Positions 40,646-51,988 of a stretch of DNA of 64,000 bases are shown here, one piece after another. Where the stretch lies: contig JALTCA010000066.1 of assembly GCA_027008245.1 (NCBI GenBank), positions 18,688 to 82,687 of the forward strand, given 5' to 3'. Below the pieces are notes generated by a model. The model was given only the letters and a program-made list of their open reading frames with translations, searched no databases and had not been told where the DNA came from. The translations under genes and the position numbers were made by a program. Numbering within the stretch: the stretch's first letter is position 1; every line of letters begins with the position of its first letter. Source of the DNA: Desulfurellales bacterium (GTDB lineage: Bacteria > Campylobacterota_A > Desulfurellia > Desulfurellales > Hippeaceae).

Positions 40646-41556
40646 GAGTAATTAGGGACATATACAAGCCGTGTTATATAAAAAAACCGGTTATTGCTTT
40701 AGGTAATTTTGATGGAATACACCTGGGGCATCAAGCACTAATAAAAGAGACAGTTAGGCGTGCAAATAAAAATAGCGGAACGCCTGTTCTTTTTACCTTT
40801 TATCCGCATCCAATAAAGGTAATAAAAAACATAAACGAGCCATTTTTAATTCAAACGTTTAAAGAAAAGGCGAAGATTGTTGAGAGCTTTGGTATAGAAA
40901 CGATAATATGTGCAAGGTTTACAAAGGAGTTTGCTCAATTAGACCCAGAGTACTTTATCAAAAAAATACTTGTAGAGAATTTGGGCGTTGAGGCGGTATG
41001 TGTAGGTCACAACTATACCTTCGGTAAAAAAGGTGTAGGAACAACAAAAACCCTAAAGGAGTACGCTTTAAAATACTCTTTTGATGCCATTGTTATACCA
41101 CCTGTTAAAATAGAAGGAATTGTTGTCAGCTCAACAAAGATAAGGGAGTTCTTAAGAAATGGGCTTATCGCTAACGCAAACGAGTTTTTAGGCAGAAAGT
41201 ACACGATATCGGGCATAGTAAAAGAGGGCGATAGGCGCGGTAAATCGTTAGGATTTCCAACGGCAAATATATATCCGAAGAACGAAATTCTGCTTCTAAA
41301 TGGTGCTTATGCAGCTTATGCCTATATTGACTCAAAAAAATACAAAGCGGCCGTAAACGTGGGTGTAAATCCAACATTTAGAGGAACTCTAAAACACATA
41401 GAGGCGCATTTGATAGGGTTTAAAGGAAACATATATAGAAAAAAGATAAAAATAGAGTTTGTAGATTTTATAAGAGGCGAGAAGGCTTTTAAAAAGATAG
41501 ACGAGCTTATCAAGCAAATCAACTCAGACATAAAAAAGATAGAAAAAATGCTATAG
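40642..41556 (+). CDS. ribF: Bifunctional riboflavin kinase / FAD synthetase
   Basis: GNFDGIHLGH, VSSTKIR, GFPTAN, NPTF. Confidence 0.95.
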   Translation: MRVIRDIYKPCYIKKPVIALGNFDGIHLGHQALIKETVRRANKNSGTPVLFTFYPHPIKVIKNINEPFLIQTFKEKAKIVESFGIETIICARFTKEFAQLDPEYFIKKILVENLGVEAVCVGHNYTFGKKGVGTTKTLKEYALKYSFDAIVIPPVKIEGIVVSSTKIREFLRNGLIANANEFLGRKYTISGIVKEGDRRGKSLGFPTANIYPKNEILLLNGAYAAYAYIDSKKYKAAVNVGVNPTFRGTLKHIEAHLIGFKGNIYRKKIKIEFVDFIRGEKAFKKIDELIKQINSDIKKIEKML

Positions 41557-41564
41557 GTGATGAA

Positions 41565-43013
41565 ATGGTTTTTGAAAACTTGCACGAATACTTAGACGCC
41601 CTAAAAAAGAAAGGCGAGCTTATTGTAATAAAGGAAGAAGTTGACCCAGTTTATGAAATGGGACAGATAGCAGACAGATTAATTAAAGGAAAAGGCCCCG
41701 CTGTGTTATTTAAAAAACCGAAGGGAAGCGACATCCCTGTAGTAATGAACATGTTCGGCACCAAAGAGCGCACAGAATTCGCACTGAACGTTGAAAACTT
41801 AGACGACCTTGGAAAAAGGGTGGAAGAACTGGTTAACGCTGAAATACCGTATAACTTTTGGGATAAGCTGAAAAACATAGTAAAGCTAAAAGAGTTCAGC
41901 AAATACATACCAAAAATTGTAAAAGATGCACCATCTCAAGAGGTAATAATAGACGATGTTGACCTATCTAAACTGCCCATCTTAAAAACTTGGCCAAAAG
42001 ACGGAGGCAGGTTTATAACCCTACCACTTGTTTTTACAAAAAACCCAATAACGGGCAAACAAAACTGCGGCATGTATAGAATGCAGATGTTTGATAAAGA
42101 CACAACCGGCATGCATTGGCACATACACAAAGACGGGGCTCATCATTTTAGGTGGTACAAACAAAAAGGTGAGGTTATGCCGGTTTGCGTGGCAATAGGC
42201 GCAGACCCCATAACGATCTATACGGCGACAGCACCGCTACCTGAAGATGTAGATGAAATGTTGTTTACTTCATTTTTAAGGAGAAAACCAATAAAACTTA
42301 TCAAAGCAACACTTTCAGATATTTTAGTTCCTGCGGAGGCTGAAATTATTTTAGAGGGTTATGTTGACCCAAATGAGCCATCGCATTTGGAAGGACCTTT
42401 TGGCGATCATACAGGGTATTATTCACTTGAGGATTACTACCCTGTTTTTCATATAAAACGTATAACGATGAGAAAAAACGCTATATACCCGGCAACAATA
42501 GTCGGAAAACCGCCAATGGAAGATTGCTTTTTAGGAAAAGCTACAGAGAGGCTGTTCTTGCCAATTATTAAAAAAATACTGCCTGAAATTATTGATATAA
42601 ACCTTCCTATAGAAGGAATTTTTCACAACTTCGCATTTGTCTCTATAGACAAGCAATATCCCGGTCATGCTTTCAAAGTCATAAATGCCCTTTGGGGTTT
42701 AGGTATGATGAGCTTAACAAAAATCATAGCTGTTTTTGATAAAAATGTTAATGTGCAAGATATTGGCGAGGTAATTTGGAGATTAGGCAACAATATAGAA
42801 CCACAGAGGGACATAATATTTACAAAAGGCCCATTGGATGTTTTAGAACATGCCTCAGACATACCGTTTTTAGGTTCAAAAATGGGTATAGATGCAACAA
42901 AGAAGTGGAAAAGCGAAGGGTTTTCAAGGAAATGGCCAGACGACATAGAAATGGAAAGCAGCGTAGTTTCAAAAATGGATAAGCTGTTGAAAAAATACTG
43001 GAAAGGGGGTTAA
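41565..43013 (+). CDS. UbiD-family menaquinone biosynthesis decarboxylase (futalosine pathway type)
   Basis: WPKDGGRFIT, GMHWHIHKDG, EGPFGDHTGYY, GKPPMED, GIDAT. Confidence 0.9.
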   Translation: MVFENLHEYLDALKKKGELIVIKEEVDPVYEMGQIADRLIKGKGPAVLFKKPKGSDIPVVMNMFGTKERTEFALNVENLDDLGKRVEELVNAEIPYNFWDKLKNIVKLKEFSKYIPKIVKDAPSQEVIIDDVDLSKLPILKTWPKDGGRFITLPLVFTKNPITGKQNCGMYRMQMFDKDTTGMHWHIHKDGAHHFRWYKQKGEVMPVCVAIGADPITIYTATAPLPEDVDEMLFTSFLRRKPIKLIKATLSDILVPAEAEIILEGYVDPNEPSHLEGPFGDHTGYYSLEDYYPVFHIKRITMRKNAIYPATIVGKPPMEDCFLGKATERLFLPIIKKILPEIIDINLPIEGIFHNFAFVSIDKQYPGHAFKVINALWGLGMMSLTKIIAVFDKNVNVQDIGEVIWRLGNNIEPQRDIIFTKGPLDVLEHASDIPFLGSKMGIDATKKWKSEGFSRKWPDDIEMESSVVSKMDKLLKKYWKGG

Positions 43014-43015
43014 AA

Positions 43016-43684
43016 ATGAACGTAATTGATGCTGTAAAGACAAGATTTTCTGTAAGAAAATTTTTGGATAAGCCTGTGGATAAGGAATTGGTGTATAAAA
43101 TTTTGGACATCGCACGATGGTCTCCATCTGGACATAACTTGCAACCGTGGGAAGTAGCCGTTGTAATGGGTAGAAAGAAAGATGAATTATCAGAGAAATT
43201 GATTGAAGCTGTGAAGAATAAAGCCGAGAGAAAATATGACTATTTTTATAGCCCAAAAGTGTTACCAGAGCACATAAACGCAAGAAGAAAACAATGTAAT
43301 ACGCTTGTCTTTGAGCACAAAGGTATAGACCCTAAAAACGATAAAGAAGCGCTCATGGAACACATACTTGAGAATTTTAGATTCTTTGGAGCACCTGTAG
43401 CCCTAATCATTATGAGAGAAAAAGAGTTAGGAGAACCATCTTATATAGATTTAGGCATATTTGGCCAAACAATTATGTTAACTGCCTTGGAGTTTGGACT
43501 AGCTACATGCGCACAAACCTCCGTGGCAGCGTACCCCTATGTAATTAGGGATGTTTTGGGGATTCCAGAAAACAAAATGATAGTTTATGCCATTGTTCTC
43601 GGATACCCAGACATGGATGCACACATCAACAAGCTCAGAATGCCACGGGATGAGGTTGATAAATTCGCTACATTCTACGAATAA
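43016..43684 (+). CDS. Nitroreductase family protein
   Basis: RFSVRKF, SPSGHNLQPW, FFGAP, GLATC, LGYPD. Confidence 0.9.
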   Translation: MNVIDAVKTRFSVRKFLDKPVDKELVYKILDIARWSPSGHNLQPWEVAVVMGRKKDELSEKLIEAVKNKAERKYDYFYSPKVLPEHINARRKQCNTLVFEHKGIDPKNDKEALMEHILENFRFFGAPVALIIMREKELGEPSYIDLGIFGQTIMLTALEFGLATCAQTSVAAYPYVIRDVLGIPENKMIVYAIVLGYPDMDAHINKLRMPRDEVDKFATFYE

Positions 43685-45838
43685 ATGACCAAAAACACTT
43701 TAATAGAAACGCTTAATAAACTAGAAAGCTCCCTGTTTAGGGAGCTTTTTTTTAATAACAAAAAAGAAGCAGAAAAACTTTTAAAAAAACAAGAATCGAT
43801 TTTAAAGTTCAAAAAAACTGCAAACTGGCTTTTAAAGGACATAAATTCATTAAACCTATCAAAAAGAATAATAGAAACACTTAAAAATAGAGGTATCGGT
43901 AAGATACTCGATTTAGTTTATCTAAAACCTTTGAGGGTTGAAGATTATGCGTTTAAAAACCCTAAGGAGGTAAAAAACGGCGATTATGTAGCAATTAAAG
44001 GCATTGTCGTCTCAAAAAATAGGGGAAACCGGGTTCTAAGTTTAATAGTCAACTCCCAAGGTATACACATAAGGTGTAACTGGTTTAACATCACACCGTA
44101 TCTTAGAAAACTCATAAACTCTATAAACCTTGGAGATGAGCTTGTATTTTTGGGAAAAATAATTGTTGACGGGTTTATCCGGCAGCTCAATCATCCAAAG
44201 ATAGAAAATCCAAGAGATTTTGAGGAATTCAAGAAAATTGTATATCCATCTGTAGGTAATTTGAGAAATTCCACAATTCAAAAAGTCATAAGCCAAGCTT
44301 TGGAAATAGCTCCTAAAAAACCTTATGAATGGTTGCCGTACTCATCCATTGTAAAAAACGACCTATGTTTTTTTAGTGAAACTTTAGAGCAGATGCACAC
44401 TGCAGGCAATTTTGACAATATAGATAAAAGATTAAAGTACGAGGAGCTGTTCTTGCTTCTCTTTGCGCTAAAATTACAGGAGAAGAAACTCAAAAGCCAC
44501 ACAGCACCGTCTATAACAGTTAATAAAGAATTTTTAAAAGAAATCAAAAAAACCCTGCCGTTTCAGTTAACAAATGGACAAGCCAAGGCTTTAGAAGAGA
44601 TATTGAATGATTTAAAAAACGACAGACCTATGCTTAGGCTCTTGCAGGGCGATGTAGGATGCGGCAAAACCATAGTGAGCTTAATTGCAGCCTTAATTGT
44701 AGTGAAAAACGGCTATCAAACAGCCATAATGGCACCAACCCAGCCCCTTGCTACACAATTTTTCGAGCAAGCAAAATCGCTTTTTGAAAAGTTTGGATAT
44801 TCTGTAGAACTTTTGATTAGTCCAACTAAAAACAAGAAAAAGATATATGAACAACTAAAAAACGGTGAAATAAACTGCATAGTAGGCACTCATGCCCTCT
44901 TGCAAGAGAATGTGGAGTTTAAAAAGTTGGGCTTTATCGTTATAGACGAGCAACATAGGTTTGGAGTTGAACAGAGAAAGACATTATCAAAAAAAGGGAG
45001 TTTTCCGCATGTTCTCATAATGAGTGCAACCCCTATTCCGAGAAGCTTGTCAATGGTGCTCTATTCAAAAGCATCTCTAAGTACAATAAAAGAAAAACCA
45101 AAAAACAGAGGAAAACTAACAACGCTTCACTTTTTCAAGAAAGATTCAAAAAAAGCCTATAAAATAGCCATTGAAGAGATTAGAAAAAAACACCAAGTTT
45201 ATGTAATCGCACCGCTAATTGAAGAATCTGAACATTTTGAAAATGTAGAAGCGGCAAAAAGGTTGTTTGAGTCTTTGAAAAGCACTTATTTTAAGAATTT
45301 TAAAATATCGCTTCTCCATGGCAAGTTGAAGAGCGAAGATAAAGAAAAAATGATACTTGAGTTTAAAGAAGGAAAAATAGACTGCCTTGTGAGCACAACG
45401 GTTGTAGAAGTCGGCATTGATTCACCTAATGCAACTGTCATTATAGTAGAAAATGCCGAAAGATTCGGTTTATCTCAACTTCATCAACTAAGAGGACGCG
45501 TTGGTAGGAGCAATTTAGACAGTTACGCCATTTTTATAACAGACAACAAATTAACGGATAACGCCCGTAAAAGAGTAAGAGCGCTTTTAAAAACAAACGA
45601 TGGATTTGAAATAGCGGAAATGGACTTTAAGCTGAGGGGCTCAGGAGAAATCTTAGGAGTAAAGCAACATGGCAGAGACCTTGTATACACAGATATTATA
45701 AAAGACAAAGAATTGATAAAAAGTGTTAAAGGTGATGTTGAAACATTAATTGAAAAGGATTATCCTTTTAGCGAAGGGTTGCTGAAAATTATGAACTACA
45801 AATGGGAGAAAAGGCTTAATTACATCAATGTGGGGTGA
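43685..45838 (+). CDS. recG: ATP-dependent DNA helicase RecG
   Basis: QGDVGCGKT, DEQHRFG, SATPIPR, QLRGRVGR, TRG motif. Confidence 0.95.
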   Translation: MTKNTLIETLNKLESSLFRELFFNNKKEAEKLLKKQESILKFKKTANWLLKDINSLNLSKRIIETLKNRGIGKILDLVYLKPLRVEDYAFKNPKEVKNGDYVAIKGIVVSKNRGNRVLSLIVNSQGIHIRCNWFNITPYLRKLINSINLGDELVFLGKIIVDGFIRQLNHPKIENPRDFEEFKKIVYPSVGNLRNSTIQKVISQALEIAPKKPYEWLPYSSIVKNDLCFFSETLEQMHTAGNFDNIDKRLKYEELFLLLFALKLQEKKLKSHTAPSITVNKEFLKEIKKTLPFQLTNGQAKALEEILNDLKNDRPMLRLLQGDVGCGKTIVSLIAALIVVKNGYQTAIMAPTQPLATQFFEQAKSLFEKFGYSVELLISPTKNKKKIYEQLKNGEINCIVGTHALLQENVEFKKLGFIVIDEQHRFGVEQRKTLSKKGSFPHVLIMSATPIPRSLSMVLYSKASLSTIKEKPKNRGKLTTLHFFKKDSKKAYKIAIEEIRKKHQVYVIAPLIEESEHFENVEAAKRLFESLKSTYFKNFKISLLHGKLKSEDKEKMILEFKEGKIDCLVSTTVVEVGIDSPNATVIIVENAERFGLSQLHQLRGRVGRSNLDSYAIFITDNKLTDNARKRVRALLKTNDGFEIAEMDFKLRGSGEILGVKQHGRDLVYTDIIKDKELIKSVKGDVETLIEKDYPFSEGLLKIMNYKWEKRLNYINVG

Positions 45839-45841
45839 TTT

Positions 45842-46627
45842 ATGAAAGTTGCTGTTGGGCAGTTAAATGTCTCACCTGGAGACGTTGATAGAAATTTTAA
45901 GAGAGGCGAAAACTTGATAAAGCAGGCAAAAGACGAAGGGTGCAAACTCATACTTCTGCCAGAGGTATGGACAACGGGATTTCCTTTCAAAAAATTAAAA
46001 GACCTATCCACCACCACTCCACAAATACTTGAAGAAATCAAAAAATTGTCTAAAGATATTATGGTTTGCGGGACATACATAACGGATAGCTCAAACTCGG
46101 ATAAGGTTTTTAACACCTTTTATGCTATTTTAAACGGTGAGGTAGTTTTCTCATACAAAAAAATGATGCTGTTTGGACTTACAGGTGAAGACAAAAATTT
46201 CGACAAAGGAGACTTAGGTCAAAAAAATACATTTAAAGCTTTAGACACTACATTTGGGGTTAGCATATGTTATGAGCTAAGATTCCCAGAGATCTTTAGG
46301 CGATCAAGCTTTGCCGGAGCGCTAATACATCTAAGCCCAGCTATTTGGCCTAAAATCCGCCTTGACCATTGGCTGGTTTTAAGTAGGGCAAGGGCTATAG
46401 AAAACCAACTTTTCTTTCTCACTTCCAATGGAGTTGGATTAAGTGACAAATGGGAAATAGGGGGTCATTCTACAATATACGACCCATGGGGTGAGGTTAA
46501 ATCTCAGATAAAAAACGAAGAAGGCTTAGCGATAAATGACATAGTGCTGGAAACAGTGGAAGATACAAGGGAAAAGCTTTCTTCTCTAAAAGACTCAATA
46601 GCAGCCTTTGGAAAACTATATTCCTGA
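45842..46627 (+). CDS. Carbon-nitrogen hydrolase (nitrilase superfamily, omega-amidase-like)
   Basis: LPE, YKK, ICYELRFPE triad, RARAIENQ, DPWG. Confidence 0.9.
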   Translation: MKVAVGQLNVSPGDVDRNFKRGENLIKQAKDEGCKLILLPEVWTTGFPFKKLKDLSTTTPQILEEIKKLSKDIMVCGTYITDSSNSDKVFNTFYAILNGEVVFSYKKMMLFGLTGEDKNFDKGDLGQKNTFKALDTTFGVSICYELRFPEIFRRSSFAGALIHLSPAIWPKIRLDHWLVLSRARAIENQLFFLTSNGVGLSDKWEIGGHSTIYDPWGEVKSQIKNEEGLAINDIVLETVEDTREKLSSLKDSIAAFGKLYS

Positions 46628-46708
46628 ACAATGGCAGCAAAACATTTGCCTTGGCTTCTTTTAAACTTTACAATAAATAACGATTAACTTAATTGCGAAG
46701 GATTGAAG

Positions 46709-48739
46709 ATGGATATATTGAAAACCACAAAGAAAGTCAAATATTTAAATGTTATTCTAAACGATAAACCATTCGAAAAAAACATAGATGCCCTGTTTGG
46801 CGGGTTTCGTGAGCTATTAGCTATAACCTTCGTATCGTCACCAAAATTTTTCTTCGACTTCGTCACGAAGCACGGATTTCAAGAAGTAAAACTCATAATT
46901 GGCATAGAAGACAACGACATAAATGATAAATTCAACTTAATAAACCCCGAACCCCAGTTTGAATTTTTTAAATCGCTCCCACAGGAAATCATAGACAAGA
47001 TTAAAAACAACGAAATACAGGTTAGATATAGCAAATTGGGCATAACCATTCACTCTAAGCTATTTATACTGAAAAATGACCAAAAAATACGGGCAATTAT
47101 GGGTTCTGCCAATTTAACCCAAAAAGCACTGTCTGGAAAAAACCAATTTGAAGAGGTTATCGCATACGATGAGACATACAATCCAGATTTAGTAAAACTC
47201 ATGATTGATAGGTTTGAACATATATGGTCTGAATCCATAGATTATGTGCCAGAAAGGCTTAAAAAAGAAAATAAAACTACAATACAGGTATTCTCAACAA
47301 ACACAGCATTAGACTTACTGAAAGAAAATTTAAGCAAATTGAGTATCGCCGGTGTTTCATCCCAAGCATTAGAGGAATTGATGAACGAAAGCAATGTAGA
47401 AACAGATATGGTGGAATACAAAAAAGAATACTTAACAAATAGCAAAGATATAATAAACACACTAACTAAGAGAACCAAAAAAGGGGTTTTGCTGGTGTCA
47501 CCCAGAGAAATCCCTAAGAAACAGCAACTTATATCGGTTAAGATAACACGGCTTAGTAGGAAATCTGATGAATTAGACTTAAGAAGAGAAGTTGTTTACA
47601 ACGAAACAGATGATATGCTTTATATAGGGAATGGCGAAACTGACTCCTTCGAGCAGTATTCAAAACCAATCGACGAAGAAATAATAATAACTTTTATAAA
47701 GAAAATAAATATGTTTGTTGAGGCATATGAAAAATTCACCATCGGTAGCAAAAAATTGTATTCCAAGCAGAGGGTTTTTGAGGCAATACTATATGCTTTC
47801 AGCTCACCATTTGTATGGAAAATCAGACAGATACATGCAAAAAACAAGGGAAGGGATACGGCATTATCTGATATACCACCGTTTTTAGTAATTGCCGGTC
47901 AAGCTTGGACAGGCAAAACACACCTGCTTGAGTTCATCAGCAGATTACTTGGAACACAGGGCAGGTATTTTCACTATAACACAGATATAAAACCAGCAAA
48001 TGTCAGGGATTACTTCTTCTCAGAAAATATATTTCCCATCTTAATAGACGAAATAACAAAGGACTACTTTACAAGCTCATCTGCTTCAGCTACCAAAGGA
48101 GAGAGTTTTGTAAAAAGCATAACAAATTCATTAAGCGGAAAGCACCCATGTTTAATAGCAACAACAAACACCGAGTTCAACGCAAATATGCAAATAATCA
48201 GAAGAATCTACTACCTACAAATTAATAAACCTTTTGATAAAACCAAGAAATCTCAAACTGATGACTATTTTAGCGAAGTTATAGAAGGAATTGATGATTC
48301 CTTGTTCAAAGACTTCTCGTTTAGATTCTCACAGCAGGTCAAAAACGAAGAGAATGTCGTAAAAAACGGGGATTATCTGAACTTAACTAGAAAGATATTT
48401 GAAGAATACTTCAAAACGGCAAAAATCGAAAAGCCCGATTACTTCATCGATAAACCGCTGCTTGATTACTACCACAGGGGAAGTTTTATGTGGAAAAACC
48501 TATTCCAAACAAAAAGAGAGGGTTTCAAAATTCAAGAAAATATGGTCATTGTTGACCCAACGGTTGTTTTTAATGGTGACAGAATAGAAAAAGAAAAAGC
48601 TAAAAAGTTCTTAGATATAGGAGTGATACTGGAAGATAGCGTAGTGCTGGTTTTAGATAAGGATAAATTCTTTGATTTTATAGATTTAAACAAAAAAACC
48701 GGACTTTTTGGAAAAATAAGTAGCTTATTTAAAGCTTAA
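46709..48739 (+). CDS. PLD-family (HxK) nuclease domain fused to a P-loop/AAA+-like NTPase domain
   Basis: IHSKLFIL...GSANLT...NQFE; Walker A GQAWTGKT, Walker B ILIDE, IATTN, IIRRI; ATG 46709 (TTG 46703 alternative). Confidence 0.8.
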   Translation: MDILKTTKKVKYLNVILNDKPFEKNIDALFGGFRELLAITFVSSPKFFFDFVTKHGFQEVKLIIGIEDNDINDKFNLINPEPQFEFFKSLPQEIIDKIKNNEIQVRYSKLGITIHSKLFILKNDQKIRAIMGSANLTQKALSGKNQFEEVIAYDETYNPDLVKLMIDRFEHIWSESIDYVPERLKKENKTTIQVFSTNTALDLLKENLSKLSIAGVSSQALEELMNESNVETDMVEYKKEYLTNSKDIINTLTKRTKKGVLLVSPREIPKKQQLISVKITRLSRKSDELDLRREVVYNETDDMLYIGNGETDSFEQYSKPIDEEIIITFIKKINMFVEAYEKFTIGSKKLYSKQRVFEAILYAFSSPFVWKIRQIHAKNKGRDTALSDIPPFLVIAGQAWTGKTHLLEFISRLLGTQGRYFHYNTDIKPANVRDYFFSENIFPILIDEITKDYFTSSSASATKGESFVKSITNSLSGKHPCLIATTNTEFNANMQIIRRIYYLQINKPFDKTKKSQTDDYFSEVIEGIDDSLFKDFSFRFSQQVKNEENVVKNGDYLNLTRKIFEEYFKTAKIEKPDYFIDKPLLDYYHRGSFMWKNLFQTKREGFKIQENMVIVDPTVVFNGDRIEKEKAKKFLDIGVILEDSVVLVLDKDKFFDFIDLNKKTGLFGKISSLFKA

Positions 48740-48768
48740 AAACAACAAAAAGCGCAAGACCTCAAATT

Positions 48769-49047
48769 TTAAGAGGCCTGCGCAACTTTCTTGTGATATC
48801 TCTCATAGAGGCGGGAAACCAAACGAGAAGCCTTATTCTCATGAATTATGCCTTTTGAGCAAATCTTTCTTATTGCCCTTTCTGCTTCTTTGAGCTGTGT
48901 TTCTAACGCTGCTTTATCCGTTTCTGTTTCTATCATCGTCCTCGTTTTCTTTAAAATGTTTTTAAGCCTTGTTCTATAGGCTTTGTTTCTCATATATCTT
49001 TTCTTATTTTGCCTTGCCCTTTTCTCTGCAGACTTGTGATTAGCCAC
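48769..49047 (-). CDS. rpsT: 30S ribosomal protein S20
   Basis: MANHKSAEKRARQ...KGIIHENKASR. Confidence 0.96.
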   Translation of the reverse strand: MANHKSAEKRARQNKKRYMRNKAYRTRLKNILKKTRTMIETETDKAALETQLKEAERAIRKICSKGIIHENKASRLVSRLYERYHKKVAQAS

Positions 49048-49259
49048 TTACCAAACCCCCTTCTACCTAAATTTAAAGCAACATTTTATTATCACAACAC
49101 TCTATATTTGTCAAATTTTTACTAAAAATAATGGTAAATTTGAGAAAAATTGATTTTTAAAGAATAAATGAAAAAATCAATATTATTTATATTTATTTTG
49201 ATTTATTTCTTGTTATTTCATAATATATTGACTTGAAAATTAGAGAAAAAGGAGTATTG

Positions 49260-49286
49260 TTAGCACTCGAGAACGATGAGTGCTAA
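49260..49286 (+). promoter_or_regulatory. CIRCE element (HrcA operator) upstream of groES
   Basis: Exact TTAGCACTC-N9-GAGTGCTAA; TTGAAA-N16-TATTGT promoter directly upstream (49233-49260). Confidence 0.97.
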
Positions 49287-49310
49287 CAAAAACTAAAAGG
49301 AGGTGGGAAA

Positions 49311-49574
49311 ATGGCATTCAAGCCTTTAATGGACAGGGTTTTGGTAGAACCACAGGATTTAGAGCAGAAAACGGAAAGCGGAATTATCATTCCAGACACA
49401 GCAAAGGAAAAACCACAGCAAGGTGTGATTGTAGAAATTGGAGAAGATGTGGAAAAGGTAGAAAAAGGCGACGTTGTAGCTTATGAAAAGTATGCAGGCA
49501 ACGAAATAAAAATTAATGACAAAAAGTACGTAATTCTCAAAGAAGACGAGATTTTAGGAAAATTCGTCGATTAA
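49311..49574 (+). CDS. groES: Co-chaperonin GroES
   Basis: KPLMDRVLV, SGIIIPDTAKEKPQ. Confidence 0.97.
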   Translation: MAFKPLMDRVLVEPQDLEQKTESGIIIPDTAKEKPQQGVIVEIGEDVEKVEKGDVVAYEKYAGNEIKINDKKYVILKEDEILGKFVD

Positions 49575-49584
49575 AAAACAATAA

Positions 49585-51237
<1,653 letters not shown>

Positions 51238-51259
51238 AAACCAGAACATTTGCAAAACC

Positions 51260-51298
51260 ACCCGGTGCATCTCTAAAGGTGTGCCGGGTTTTTTATTT
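51260..51298 (+). terminator. Intrinsic terminator after groEL
   Basis: ACCCGG...CCGGGT stem followed by TTTTTATTT. Confidence 0.75.
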
Positions 51299-51913
51299 AA
51301 CAAAAGGATTATACTTCTTTTCGTGACCAATCGTTGTCAGCTCACCGTGGCCGGGAAAAACAGAGGTGTCATCAGGTAGGCTTAAAAGCTTTCTTAAACT
51401 TTCCATTAATGCCGCATAATCACCACCCTGTAAATCCCACCTACCAACGGATTCAAAAAACAGCGTGTCTCCGCTAAATAAAATCTTTTTCTTTGGTTCA
51501 TACAAACAAATAGACCCAGGTGTATGCCCTGGCGTGTGAATTACAGTAAATTTTGAATTACCAACATTTATTACATCGTCATCATTAAGGACAATATCCG
51601 GTTTTGGTGATTCCTTAATATATACCCCAAAAACTCTGGCTTCTAAATGTGCCATTTTTAAACAACTGACATCATAATAACCAATTGCGAGTGGAGCATT
51701 ATATTTTTCTTTAAAATAAGCATTTGCTCCCACGTGATCAAAATGACAGTGCGTGTCTACTATTACAACAACACTCAAACTATTTGAGTCAATAAAAGAA
51801 TCTATAGAGCTATCATTTTCAGCTGGGTCTATTATCATCGTCTCGTTGGTTTTCTCATCGACGTAAACATAGCAATTAGTTAATAACCCACCAACAGCAA
51901 ACCTTTTAACCAT
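51293..51913 (-). CDS. MBL-fold metallo-hydrolase (glyoxalase II/YcbL-like)
   Basis: THCHFDH, HTPGHTPG, SGDTLF, PGHG, NPF. Confidence 0.9.
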   Translation of the reverse strand: MVKRFAVGGLLTNCYVYVDEKTNETMIIDPAENDSSIDSFIDSNSLSVVVIVDTHCHFDHVGANAYFKEKYNAPLAIGYYDVSCLKMAHLEARVFGVYIKESPKPDIVLNDDDVINVGNSKFTVIHTPGHTPGSICLYEPKKKILFSGDTLFFESVGRWDLQGGDYAALMESLRKLLSLPDDTSVFPGHGELTTIGHEKKYNPFVK

Positions 51914-51926
51914 AATTCACCCAAAT

Positions 51927-51964
51927 AAAAAAGCCCCCTATTCACCAACAAATTAAGGGGGCTT
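51927..51964 (-). terminator. Terminator-like hairpin closing the MBS operon
   Basis: AAGCCCCCT-N16-AGGGGGCTT with a T6 run on the minus strand. Confidence 0.6.
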
Positions 51965-51988
51965 ATCTTTAATTTTCAAAGAGCTAAA

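Noticed and set aside
51293-51913. Persulfide dioxygenase linked to the MBS operon
   Set aside because: PGHG and SVGRWD motifs fit YcbL/glyoxalase II-like hydrolases rather than ETHE1-type (PAHDY); separated from the operon by a terminator-like hairpin
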